A stretch of 64,000 nt of DNA from an uncultured delta proteobacterium (GCA_963745035.1 CAVUVW010000015.1:256001-320000); one strand, 5' to 3'. Shown: positions 41,678 through 51,387, counted from the first letter of the stretch. The notes: generated from the sequence alone by a model not told the origin. Numbers and translations are program-made.

Positions 41678-43214
41678 ATGCGCTTCAAAGAAGCAACGAT
41701 TGATCGCCGCATGTTTCTGACAAAAAGCGCGGCCTTCGGCCTGGGCCTGTGCGCTCCGCTACCATTCACCGGACAGGCTTCGGCCGCCTCCCGCGACCGC
41801 GTCGTGGTTTTTCAGGGCGTCGGCTTGGATTCGCTCCATCCCTACGCCTACAGCGGCGGCGGCATCAGCGGCATCTGGCAGCACGTCATCGAGCCGCTGA
41901 TCGAGATGGATTTTTCGCGCAACGAGTACGCCGGCGTATTGGCCGAATCGTGGGAGTTTCAAGGTCGCAAATGGATTTTTCGCCTGCGAAAAAACGTGCG
42001 CTTCCACGACGGCTCGCCGTTTACCTCGAAGGATGTGCTGTTCTCGCTCGACCGCATGGTCAACGACAAAAAGAGCCTGCAGGCGTCCAACTTTATAGAA
42101 GTCACCGGCGTCGAGGCGCCGGACGAGCACACCGTGGTGATCTCGACCAAACAACCCAGCGCGGTCCTGCTGGAGCGGTTGAACAACCGTTTTATCGTCA
42201 GCCAGTCGGCGGTCGAGAAGAACAACAACCAGCTCGACAATTATAAAATCGGCACGGGAGCATACAAAATCACGAGCTGGCAAAGAGACGGCCTGTTGGT
42301 GCTGGCACGCAACGACGATTATTGGCGCGCCAAACCGGAGATCAAGGAAGCGATCTTCAAGACCGTAAAGGAAGAGGCGGCGCGCGTCTCCGGCCTGCTC
42401 GCCGGCCAGGCGGATGTCATCAGCAATCTGCCCATCGAAGAGATTCCCCGTGTCGCCAAGCACCCGCGCACGCGCGTGGAAAAAGTTCCCGGCTACCGCA
42501 TGTATTTTTTGGCGATGAACGTCACCCACAAGCCATTCGACAACAAGCTCGTGCGCCAGGCGTTCAACTATTCCATCGACCCGGTCGTGATCCTGAAACA
42601 TATCTATGAAGGCAACGGCTACGTCTTGAACGGCCCGCTGAGCTCCAACATGGTCGGCTACGATCCGGCGATCAAGCGCTACCCGTTCGACCCGAAAAAA
42701 GCCCGCGAGTTGCTCACCCAGGCCGGCTTTCCCAACGGTTTGGAAGTTAAGCTCCACTTGGCCCCCGATCGTCACCTCAAGGGCAAGGAAGTCTGCCAGG
42801 TAATCGCGCGCCAGCTCAACGAGAGCGGCATTAAGGTCGAATTGACGCCCCAGGAGTATCCGATTTACTGGGGCCGGGACGGCGTCAACGGCGGCAAGCT
42901 GCGCTTTCTATTATGCCGGCAGATCAGCTTATGACGCGGACACCTTCTACGATCAGTATTTTCACACCGGCGTCACCAAGCGCACCGGCTACAGCAATCC
43001 CGATCTCGACAAGCTCATCGAGGAAGAACAGCGCACCGGCGATGCGAAAAAGCGCTTGGCGGTCCTGCAGCAGGCGGGGCGGATCATCATGGAGGAGGCG
43101 CCGATCGTGCCGCTCTACACTCTGGCGGAGATTTATGGCGTGGCGCGAAACATCGTCTGGAAGGGCAACCCGAATAACGAGATCATCGTCTCGGATATGA
43201 AGATCAAGGTTTAG
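41678..43214 (+). CDS. Family 5 (peptide/nickel-type) ABC substrate-binding protein with Tat signal (frameshift near 42905-42930)
   Basis: DRRMFL Tat motif, LAESW, LRKNVRFHDG, GTGAY, PFDNKLVRQA, YDP.KAR.LL. Confidence 0.9.
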
Positions 43215-44709
43215 ATCGGCTAAAGAAATATTCGAGCAGCGCGCGGCCGAAGCGCGACGCGTGAATGCCGTGGGCGGCGAAATCATCGGCAAAGGCATCC
43301 AACGCCCAGCGCGCCGCATCTCGATACCGCGCATCGCCCGAAGCACGCCAAAGTCGTAGTAAAGAAGATTGCGGCCGCGCCGTTTTGATCCAAATCGGTC
43401 AGACGGAAATTTCCGTAAGGCCGATCTCTCCGCCGCTGCAAATCGAAATAACCGCCTGCGGGATTTCTTAGCCGCGCGCTGATGAAATCCGCCAGTTCGC
43501 GCGCGCGCTCGAGATATCGCATCGCCGCCGGCGAAATATGCTTGAACCAGCGCGGTGCCCACTTGCGCTTGATCTTCGAGCAGCCCGGGCACCGGGGTGC
43601 GCCATCGTGATAGTGAAACATCCCTTGCGCCGGGCGTGCGGCAGCAACTCCAAAGAAACTCGAGAACGCTTAACGCCCGCTCGTTGCAATCGGGACGACC
43701 CAAAAGCGTCGCGGCGTCGAGATATGCGCTAACCGCCTGAGCGTTGGCGTCGCTGTAAATGCACTCGTCGATGATGGTAAAAAATTCTTCGGTGGAAGAG
43801 CTTCCGGCGCCTTCGCGGCGCAAAAAATCTTCGCAGCCGAAGAAGATGCCGCGCTGGGAGTCAAAAAGTTTGTTATTCAGATAGTCGATGATCTCTTCGG
43901 CCATATGGGCCGTATTCGGCCCGCCCGGTCAGGCGAAACACTTGGAGACAATTCGGCAGCAGGCCCGCATGCTCGCCCAAAAGCTTTTCGCGATGCGGCT
44001 GGCTCCAATCCGCCCCGCTCGTCGTGCGAAAATAGCCGCCTTCCTTCGCATCGTGAATTTGACCTTCGCGCATACCGTCGAGCGTCCGGCAAGCATGCTC
44101 GAGATATGCGACCTCTCGCGTCGCCTCGTAGAGGGCAAGCAAAAAATCGTTTGCGGCCGGATGAATAAATTTTTGACCCTGCCCATAGCCGCCGTGAATG
44201 CCATCGGCCTGGCCCATGATCGAGCGCGTAATCTCAGTCAAGCATTTCCGCATGGGAGCGCTTGCGCTCTCGCGCCGACGTTGCTGGTCGTTGCAGAAGG
44301 CGCTGCCGTCAGACGCTGTTCGAGGTTTTTCGCCTGATAACTCATGTAGACATTGAGCAACAAGTCCTTGAATTCCTCGACGGCAAGGTAGTTTGTCGCG
44401 GCAAGCAGCTCGCCGCCGGGAGTGAAAAACGCGATGTCGGCCAGCCGTTCAGATTATAGCGCGCGTCGATGTCGGGCCGCGTGGCGTTTTCGACTCGAAG
44501 CGCAATGAAGTAAGCATTCAGCAGACGCCATGTTTTCGCGGTCAGAAAGCGCGCCTTCATCCATGCGCTGGCAATAGCGGCACCAAAACGCCGACAAGAA
44601 AAGCATCACCGGCTTGTCTTGCTCGCGCGCGCGCTTTGAGAGCGTCGTCCTCCCATTCGAACCAGCGGATGAGATGAGCAAGATTTGGATTAGGCGAAAA
44701 CCGCAGCAT
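43203..44709 (-). CDS. DUF255/YyaL (SPATA20-like) thioredoxin-domain protein (many frameshifts)
   Basis: MLRFSPNPN.AHLIRW..W, DKPVMLFLSAFWCRYCQRMD, RPDIDARY..GWPT, GG.G..QKF, GGYFR...DWS.PH.EKLL. Confidence 0.8.
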
Positions 44710-44898
44710 GAGTGAATCCGGTACCCTGCATTCTTAATACTCAATATCACCCTTTTGCATCCAGGAAAAACCAGCCCCCACATTTGAACTACAGCAAACT
44801 GCGGCAGGCTCAGAAAAGTAATCGATAACCGGGCCGCTGCCATCTCGAACAAGAGAGAGACTATTCAATACAGCGTGCCGCGCTTCGAACCTCGTGCG

Positions 44899-44928
44899 TT
44901 GACAAGCTTCTCCGCCAAGGCATAAGAT
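44899..44928 (+). promoter_or_regulatory. Putative sigma70 promoter for grdE-like/grdB-like genes
   Basis: TTGACA-N18-TAAGAT, then GGAG RBS before ATG 44967. Confidence 0.55.
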
Positions 44929-44966
44929 TCCGTACTTGGCGGCGCTTCACGCTTTCGGAGAGAATC

Positions 44967-46248
44967 ATGCAACTGACCTTGGCCAATCATCCGATCACAA
45001 ACATGCGCTTCGGCGCGCCGGCGCGCCTCGAAGGCACCGATCTGGTCGTCGATGCCGACGAGCTGCGCCGTATCGTGCTCGACGACGATGCCGTCGTCAG
45101 CGTCGACTTCGAAATCGTTCGTCCGGGCGAGAGCTGCCGCGCCGGGCCGATCTTCGATGTGATTGAACCGCGAGCCAAGGAGCCCGGCTACGGCGCCGAT
45201 TTCCCCGGCATTTTGGGCGCGCCGCTTACGGCGGGAATGGGCACGACACATGTTCTAAGCGGCGCGGCGGTATCGGTGCTCGCGGAAATCTCCCCGATCT
45301 TACGAGAAGCGCCACCGGGCGCGTTCTCGAAATGAGCGGCGCTCCGGCTGAGGCGAGCGCCGTATTCCGCGCTCACGCACCTGCTCGTGATTCCGCACAC
45401 CAAACCAGATTTGCCGCGCCAAGCGATTGAAAAAGCTTATCGCATCGCCGGCATTCGAGTCGCGGTGCGCTGTCGCGCGACTCGCTCTAAGACCGCGCCG
45501 CGGATCGCGGCACCAGTTCGAGCCGGTCGGGCCGGCGCGGCAAGCCGCGCAGGTCTGCCGCGCGTCGCCTACATCGGACAGATTTTTTCCCGCCAGCGCA
45601 AACCCGCCGTCGACGAGCCGATTCTTTACGGCGCCAATACCGACGGCATGCTGCCGATCATGCTCCATCCCGATGAATGGCTCGACGGCGCCATCGTGCC
45701 GTCGCTGCATTCATGGTTCGGCGGCACGGAAACTTATTTCTATCAGAATCATCCGATCATTCTCGATCTCTATCGGCGCCATCAGGCGCGCGAAATAAAT
45801 TTCGTCGGCACGGTCGCCACCATCGCCGGCTCGGACAATTTCGACCGCGAGCGCCACTGCAAGGCGGCCGCCAATCTGGTGAAATGGAATTTGCAAGCCG
45901 ACGGCGCGGTGCTGTCCAAATACGGCGGCGGCTTGCCCCACGCCGATCTGGCGGAAACTGCGCGTCTGCTCGAAGACATGGGCGATAAAAACGGCGGTGA
46001 TGGTTTCCGACGTGTCGCGCGACCGGCGAGTCGAGTCGGCGCTGCTTTTCAATGTCCCGGAAGTCAACGCCATCGTCTACAACGGCGGCAACGGCACGTA
46101 TTGGGAAGTGCCAAAAGTGGATCGCGTCGTCGCCGCGACCGCGGAATTTACCGAACTGCTGGCCGGCCCAATGAAGATCGACGCGGCCAATATCGTCGGC
46201 GTAACCAACCAGCAAGGCGCATCGAAAATGAGAGCATTGGTGTACTAG
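44967..46248 (+). CDS. Glycine/sarcosine/betaine reductase component B alpha/beta-subunit homolog (GrdE/GrdG/GrdI-like; frameshifted)
   Basis: RPGES.R...FDVIEPRAK..FPG...G.THVL.G.AV; LPRVAYI, P.MLHPDE.LDGAIV, QNHPII.DLY.RH...NFVG, ADGA. Confidence 0.85.
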
Positions 46249-46252
46249 AAGG

Positions 46253-46325
46253 CCACGAGGCGAAAGGCGTGAGGCGTGAGTGAGGATTCATACTCATGCC
46301 TCGCGCCTCAAGCCTCATGCCTTGA
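46253..46325. repeat. Inverted array of 7-bp repeats (GAGGCGT / GCCTCAN)
   Basis: gaggcga aaggcgt gaggcgt gag ... ctcat gcctcgc gcctcaa gcctcat gcctt. Confidence 0.78.
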
Positions 46326-46334
46326 GGAGCTTCC

Positions 46335-47625
46335 ATGCGAGTCGCACATTACTTGAATCAGTTCTTCGGCGGCGTCGGCGCTGAGGAGCATGCCGGCAAG
46401 GGTTTGGAGATCCACGACGGCGCGGTCGGGCCCGGCCGGCTGCTGGAACAGTTGCTCGGCGGCAGACGCGCGCGTCGCATTGACTTTTGTCTGCGGCGAT
46501 AATTTCGCGGTCGAAAATCAAGATGAGTTGACCGCCGCCGTGCTGGAAAGGCTCCGCGCCGCGAGCATTGATCTGTTCGTCGCCGGTCCATGCTTCGATG
46601 CCGGACGCTACGGCATGGCGGCCGGCGCGCTTTGCCGCGCCGTGCAAAGCGAACTCAAGATTCCCGTAATCACCGCGATGAGCGAAGAAAATCCCGGCGT
46701 CGATCTCCACCGCGACGCGCTCTACATCATCGACTCGGGAACGAATGCGGCAAAAATGCGCGACGTGCTCGGCAAGATGGCCGAGCTCTCGGCCAGAAAC
46801 TTGTCGCCAACGCGCCGATCGGTTTGCCCGGCCGAGGAAGGCTATTTGCGGCGCGGTTGGCTGCGCGATCAACTGGTCGAAAAAACCGCGGCGACCCGGC
46901 TCGTCGACATGCTGCTTGGCGAAAATGAGCGGCGCGCCGTTCGAATCCGAAATGCCGGCCACGTCGTTCGCGCCCGTGCCGATACCGGCGGCGATGCAGG
47001 ATCTATCGAAAGCCAAGGTGATGTTGATCACCGACGGCGGCCTGGTTCCCAAGGGCAATCCGGATCGGATCGAGGGCACCGCCGCGACGCGTTGGGGCGC
47101 TTACAACATCGAAGGCCGCGACGATCTGCGCGGCGAAGAATACGAAGTTTCCCACGGCGGCTACGACACGCGATTTGTTCAGGAAGATCCCGATCGGCTG
47201 GTTCCGCTCGACGCCATGCGCGAGATGGAAAAGAACGGCGTCATCGGTAAGCTCCACGATGAATTCATTTCCACCTGCGGCCGCTCCAATCCGCTGTCGA
47301 ATACGCGCCGGCTCGGCCGGGAGATCGCCGACAAGATCAAGAAGGACGGCGTCGACGCGGTCATCCTTACGTCGACGTGAGGTACCAGCACTCGCAGCGG
47401 CGCTGCGATCACGACCGAGCTGGAGAAGGCGGGCATTCCCGGTCGTGCAAATCACCTCCGCCCTGCCGATTGCCAAAATGGTCGGCTCCAACCGGGTGGT
47501 TCTCGGCGACCGGCATCGTCCACGTGACCGGCGACGCCAAGCTTCCGCCCGCCGACGAAAAGGACCTGCGGCGAAAGTTCGTCCAGCAAGCGCTCGACGC
47601 GCTGCAGTCCGACAAGACACAGTAG
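46335..47625 (+). CDS. grdB: Glycine/sarcosine/betaine reductase selenoprotein B homolog; Sec at UGA 47378-47380 (also frameshifted)
   Basis: MRVAHYLNQFFGG.G.EE.A, CGDN, AGPCFDAGRYG, EENPG, GGLVPKGNPDRIE, HGGYD, DPDRLVPLD, VDAVILTST-UGA-GTSTRSGA..ELEKAGIPVVQI. Confidence 0.9.
47381..47416 (+). promoter_or_regulatory. Bacterial SECIS-like hairpin in grdB
   Basis: 11 nt after UGA: TCGCAGC-GGC-GCTGCGA stem-loop (47392-47408), G at loop start; GGT/ACC lower pairing. Confidence 0.72.
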
Positions 47626-47783
47626 CCGCTCCTCGTTCTGAACGAGCTTCCCGGGATTGGCGTGAGGCGGGCAACGGGGCTTGCGTCAGCGTCAACCCTT
47701 GATTGCTCGCCTGCAGGTCACGCCGCGCTCTACACAAACGGTGAATTTATCGTTAGAATCTTCTCGGCCTGCAGTTTTTATTT

Positions 47784-48434
47784 ATGGATGCGTCAAAAAC
47801 CAAGTTTCTCTTGCTTGGCCTGGGCGTCGTCGGTCTGGGCATCGTCCTGGGCACCGCCCTTTGGCTCAGAGTCGGGGCGCCGCAGGGACCGTGGGGCCAC
47901 GCTTCGGGCAACTCGGCTGAGAGTCTCGAACAGTATGGCGCGGTGCCCGATTTCGCATTGACGGAAAGAAACGGCAATGCCGTCGGCCTCGACGAGCTGC
48001 GCGGCAAGATTTGGATCGCGGATTTTATCTACACGACCTGCACGGACACCTGCCCATTGCAGACCGCGATGATGGCCAAGCTCCAGCAAGAATATGCCCA
48101 CAAGCCTGAGGTACAGTTCGTTTCGTTTACGGTCGACCCGGAGCGGGACACGCCGGAAGTGCTGACGGCTTACGGCGCCAAACACCAAGCCGACGCCGCG
48201 CGCTGGTATTTCTTGACCGGCCGGCGCGATCGCATCATGCGCTTGATCCAGGATGGGTTTCACCTGGCGGTGGCGGCGCTGCCGGTCGATGCCGCGCCCG
48301 GCGGCATGATCCCGCACAGTCCGCGCTTTGTCTTGGTCGACAAGCAATCCCGCATCCGCGGCTACTATGACAGCCGCGACCTCGAGGCATTCGCGCGCCT
48401 CAAGAACCACATCGATACTTTGTTGAAGGGGTAG
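47784..48434 (+). CDS. SCO/SenC family copper chaperone
   Basis: Membrane anchor, FIYTTCTDTCP (CxxxC), TVDPERDT, HS.RFVLVD. Confidence 0.93.
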   Translation: MDASKTKFLLLGLGVVGLGIVLGTALWLRVGAPQGPWGHASGNSAESLEQYGAVPDFALTERNGNAVGLDELRGKIWIADFIYTTCTDTCPLQTAMMAKLQQEYAHKPEVQFVSFTVDPERDTPEVLTAYGAKHQADAARWYFLTGRRDRIMRLIQDGFHLAVAALPVDAAPGGMIPHSPRFVLVDKQSRIRGYYDSRDLEAFARLKNHIDTLLKG

Positions 48435-48440
48435 ATAGAG

Positions 48441-49313
48441 ATGGCCAACGAGAAAAGCAAGAAAGGCAAGCAACCGGCTGCCGCGGGACTCGTGCGCGAG
48501 GGGCCGAACTGGCCGCTGTTTGTGCTGGCGGTTCTCGGCATGGCCTTGTCGGGATATCTCACGTTTTCCGCGTGGCAAGGAGACCGCGCCGCGTTCTGCG
48601 CCGAAGGAGCCGGCTGTGATGTCGTGCTCAGCAGCCGCTGGGCGACGCTCCTAGGCATGCCGACCTCATTCTGGGGTTTTCTAACTTACGCGCTGCTCGG
48701 CGCCGTCGCGTGGAATCGCGATGCCGCCAATCAATGGCGCTGGGCTTGGGTGATTTCCCTGTTCGGTCTGTTTTTCAGTCTGTATTTAACCGGCGTCTCG
48801 TTTTTGTCATTGCAGGCAGCCTGCCCCTACTGCCTGGGTTCGCTCGGGCTGATGACGGCTATTTTTCTTCTGACGACGTTGCAGCGACCGAAGAACTTGC
48901 CGAAGTTTTCCTGGGGACCGTTCCTGGGAAAAAGCGTCGGTGCCGCGGCGCTCGTCATGATCGCGCTGCATCTGCACTACGCCGGCTACCTGGGCAGCGC
49001 TCCCAAACCCGAGGACCCCTGGATTCGCGCCTTGGCGGAGCATCTGTCCAAGACCGACGTGAAGTTTTACGGCGCCTCGTGGTGCCCTCACTGCACCGAG
49101 CAGAAACACCTCTTTGGCAGCTCGGAAAAGCGCATCCCTTATGTCGAATGCAGCCCGGGTGGATCCAAGGGACCCCAGGCGCCGGCTTGCAAGGAGAAAA
49201 ATATTCAGAGCTATCCGACCTGGATCATCAACGGACAGCGCTATACCGGCATCCAGCCGTTGGATGCGCTCGCGCGGTTCAGCAACTTTCAATATCAAGG
49301 AGACAAACGATGA
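48441..49313 (+). CDS. Vitamin K epoxide reductase (VKOR) fused to thioredoxin-like domain
   Basis: FC....GCDVVLSS, ACPYC, FYGASWCPHC, YVEC, SYPTW. Confidence 0.93.
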   Translation: MANEKSKKGKQPAAAGLVREGPNWPLFVLAVLGMALSGYLTFSAWQGDRAAFCAEGAGCDVVLSSRWATLLGMPTSFWGFLTYALLGAVAWNRDAANQWRWAWVISLFGLFFSLYLTGVSFLSLQAACPYCLGSLGLMTAIFLLTTLQRPKNLPKFSWGPFLGKSVGAAALVMIALHLHYAGYLGSAPKPEDPWIRALAEHLSKTDVKFYGASWCPHCTEQKHLFGSSEKRIPYVECSPGGSKGPQAPACKEKNIQSYPTWIINGQRYTGIQPLDALARFSNFQYQGDKR

Positions 49314-49783
49314 TCGCGCTCCGGATGCAACAAAGCGGTGGCGCCGCTCTCGTGAGCTTGGCGCTGACAATTTTTTCGATCGGACCGGCGCACGCGGATC
49401 CTTCCAAATATCCGGCCTTCGCCCAGCAGTCGCTGCCGCAAGATATCAAGCCGGAATTTATCGGCATCGAGGATCTCGTCAAAGAGATCCAGGCGGGCGC
49501 CAAGCCGGTGATCATCGACGTGCGCACGGTCGAAGAATTTCACGAGGTGCATATTTTGGGCGCGGTTTCCGCCCCGCTCGCGGAGTTCAAGGATTATGTG
49601 AAGAGCATTCCGCGCGATCGCCCGGTCGTGCTCTATTGAGCTTGCCCCCATCACCTGGCCAGTCTGGCCTACGGCATGCTCTACGAAAACGGTTATCGCA
49701 ACATGAAGATCCTCGACGAAGGAATCGTCGGATGGTACCAAAAGCGCTATCCGATGGAAGGGACCAAAACGCCCCGCTCCTGA
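49310..49783 (+). CDS. Exported rhodanese-like selenoprotein; Sec at UGA 49637-49639
   Basis: GGAG RBS, signal peptide (AHA-D), IIDVR..EEF...HILGA, VVLY-UGA-ACPHHLA...GYRNMKILDEGIVGW...RYPME; frame continues to TGA 49781-49783, 3 nt before the queC ATG. Confidence 0.87.
49638..49681 (+). promoter_or_regulatory. Bacterial SECIS-like hairpin in rhodanese gene
   Basis: GGCCA-GTC-TGGCC (49657-49669), loop 22 nt after UGA; lower stem GAGCtTGCC/GGCAtGCTC. Confidence 0.7.
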
Positions 49784-49786
49784 GCT

Positions 49787-50483
49787 ATGGCCGCTAAGAA
49801 CGCCGTGATCCTGCTGAGCGGCGGCATCGACTCCGCCACCGCCGCCGCCGTCGCGAAACGGGACGGCTACGATCTGCATGCGTTGACCTTCCACTACGGC
49901 CAGCGCCACGAGCGGGAGATCGAGTGCGCCGGGAAAATTGCCGCATTCTTGGGGGCAAAAACACAAAAGGTCATGCGCTTCGACTTGCGAGCGATCGGCG
50001 GCTCCGCTCTCACCGACGACATCGCGGTGCCCAAGGAACGGAGCGAGGACGAGATCGCGGCCGGCGTGCCGATGACCTACGTGCCGGCGCGCAACACCAT
50101 CTTTCTGTCGTTCGCATTGGCGCTCGCCGAGCGCATCGGCTCCCAGGATATTTTTTTCGGCGCCAACCAATTGGACTACAGCGGCTATCCGGATTGCCGC
50201 GACGAATACATCCGGGCGTTTGAAAAAATGGCGAATCTGGCCACCAAGGCCGGAGTGGAGGGCAAGAGCCGGATGAGCGTTCACGCGCCGCTACTGCAAA
50301 TGACCAAGGCGGAGATCGTCAAGCTCGGTGATTCCCTCGGTCTTGACTTCGGTTTGACCTGGAGCTGCTACGATCCGCGACCGGGCGGGCGGGCGTGCGG
50401 CCAGTGCGACAGCTGCCGGCTCCGGCTGAAGGGCTTCCGCGAAGCCGGCCGCAGTCGATCCGCTCGCCTACGCCGAAGACTGA
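49787..50483 (+). CDS. queC: 7-cyano-7-deazaguanine synthase (frameshift near 50450)
   Basis: LLSGGIDS, YGQRH, TYVPARNTIFLS, DYSGYPDCR, TWSCY..CGQCDSC.LR; ends VDPLAYAED* after a one-base shift. Confidence 0.95.
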
Positions 50484-50494
50484 AGTGTTTGTCC

Positions 50495-51385
50495 ATGTTG
50501 TCCACTCCGTTCACCGCCGAATTTCTCAGTCAGCTCGAAGCGCTGCGCTTGCGCACGCGAAAGGAATTTCTCGGCAGCCACCCGGGCAGCTACTCTTCAC
50601 CGCGGCGCGGCACGAGCTTGGAGTTTTCCGACTATCGCCGCTACTCTCCCGGCGACGATCTGCGCTACATCGATTGGGGCATCTACGCGCGCAGCGACCG
50701 GCTGTTCATCAAAGTTTTTCGCCAGGAAGTCGATCTCTTCGCCTACGTCTTCATCGACACCAGCGCGTCGATGGCGTTTCCCTCGCGCGCGGAGAAATTC
50801 TTGCCCGCAAGCCATGTCGCGCTGGCGCTTTCCTACGTGGTCCTGGCCAATCACGATCACGTCAAGCTGCATTTGCTCCAAAACACGAGCAACACCGCGT
50901 CCCAGTTCTATCGCGGCCGGCGGCGCATGCGCGATTGCGTGGAATTTGCCACCTCCGCTGCCCCGGGCGGATCGCTGGATCTGGCGTTCGCGTTGAGCGA
51001 ACATCTCCAGCGGGTGCGCCGGCCCGGCAAGGCCATTCTGATTTCCGATTTCCTGATGCCGGCGGCGTCTTACCAGCAGGGACTCAACCTGCTGCGCGCG
51101 TCGAATCTCGATGTGGTGGCGATTCAGGTGCTGTCGCGCCACGAAGTCGATCCGCCCTTTCCCAACGGCAGCGTGGCGTTGATCGACAGCGAAAGTCAAA
51201 ATGAGATCAAGCATCAGTGGAGCGCGGCGGCGCGGCGCGAATACCAGGCGAGGCTCGCCCATCATAACTTGGAGATTCGCAGTTTCTGCCACCAGAGCGG
51301 CATGCACTATTCGCTCTACGTGACCGATCGCGATCTCGGCGATTTTGTCTTCGCCACCTTGCCGGCCATCGGCCTGTTCAAATAG
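50495..51385 (+). CDS. DUF58 domain protein
   Basis: G.SLEFSDYRRYSPGDDLRYIDW..YAR, IDTSASM, LISDFL. Confidence 0.93.
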   Translation: MLSTPFTAEFLSQLEALRLRTRKEFLGSHPGSYSSPRRGTSLEFSDYRRYSPGDDLRYIDWGIYARSDRLFIKVFRQEVDLFAYVFIDTSASMAFPSRAEKFLPASHVALALSYVVLANHDHVKLHLLQNTSNTASQFYRGRRRMRDCVEFATSAAPGGSLDLAFALSEHLQRVRRPGKAILISDFLMPAASYQQGLNLLRASNLDVVAIQVLSRHEVDPPFPNGSVALIDSESQNEIKHQWSAAARREYQARLAHHNLEIRSFCHQSGMHYSLYVTDRDLGDFVFATLPAIGLFK

Positions 51386-51387
51386 TC

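Noticed and set aside
44710-44898. Possible tRNA-Sec or ncRNA upstream of the grd genes
   Set aside because: No cloverleaf, TCA anticodon arm or T-loop consensus recognisable on either strand
1714-46325. Repeat arrays as CRISPR
   Set aside because: Units are 7-9 bp, tandem and inverted, with no unique 25-45 bp spacers and no cas genes
15920-47625. Numerous frameshifted genes as pseudogenes or programmed frameshifts
   Set aside because: Single-base indels occur in patches, often at homopolymers or GC runs, across unrelated genes, with no accompanying nonsense decay; this pattern fits long-read consensus error
48710-49309. Long N-terminal extension of the rhodanese ORF overlapping VKOR
   Set aside because: Alternative frame of the VKOR gene; the real start is ATG 49310 with a GGAG RBS
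49787-50483. queC as part of a 7-deazaguanine DNA-modification or QatABCD-type defence system
   Set aside because: Canonical QueC motifs and length; no dpdA, TatD or ATPase partner nearby
49787-51385. Apparent 532-aa QueC-DUF58 fusion
   Set aside because: Removing one base near 50450 restores a typical QueC ending (DPLAY..*) at 50483, and DUF58 has its own ATG at 50495
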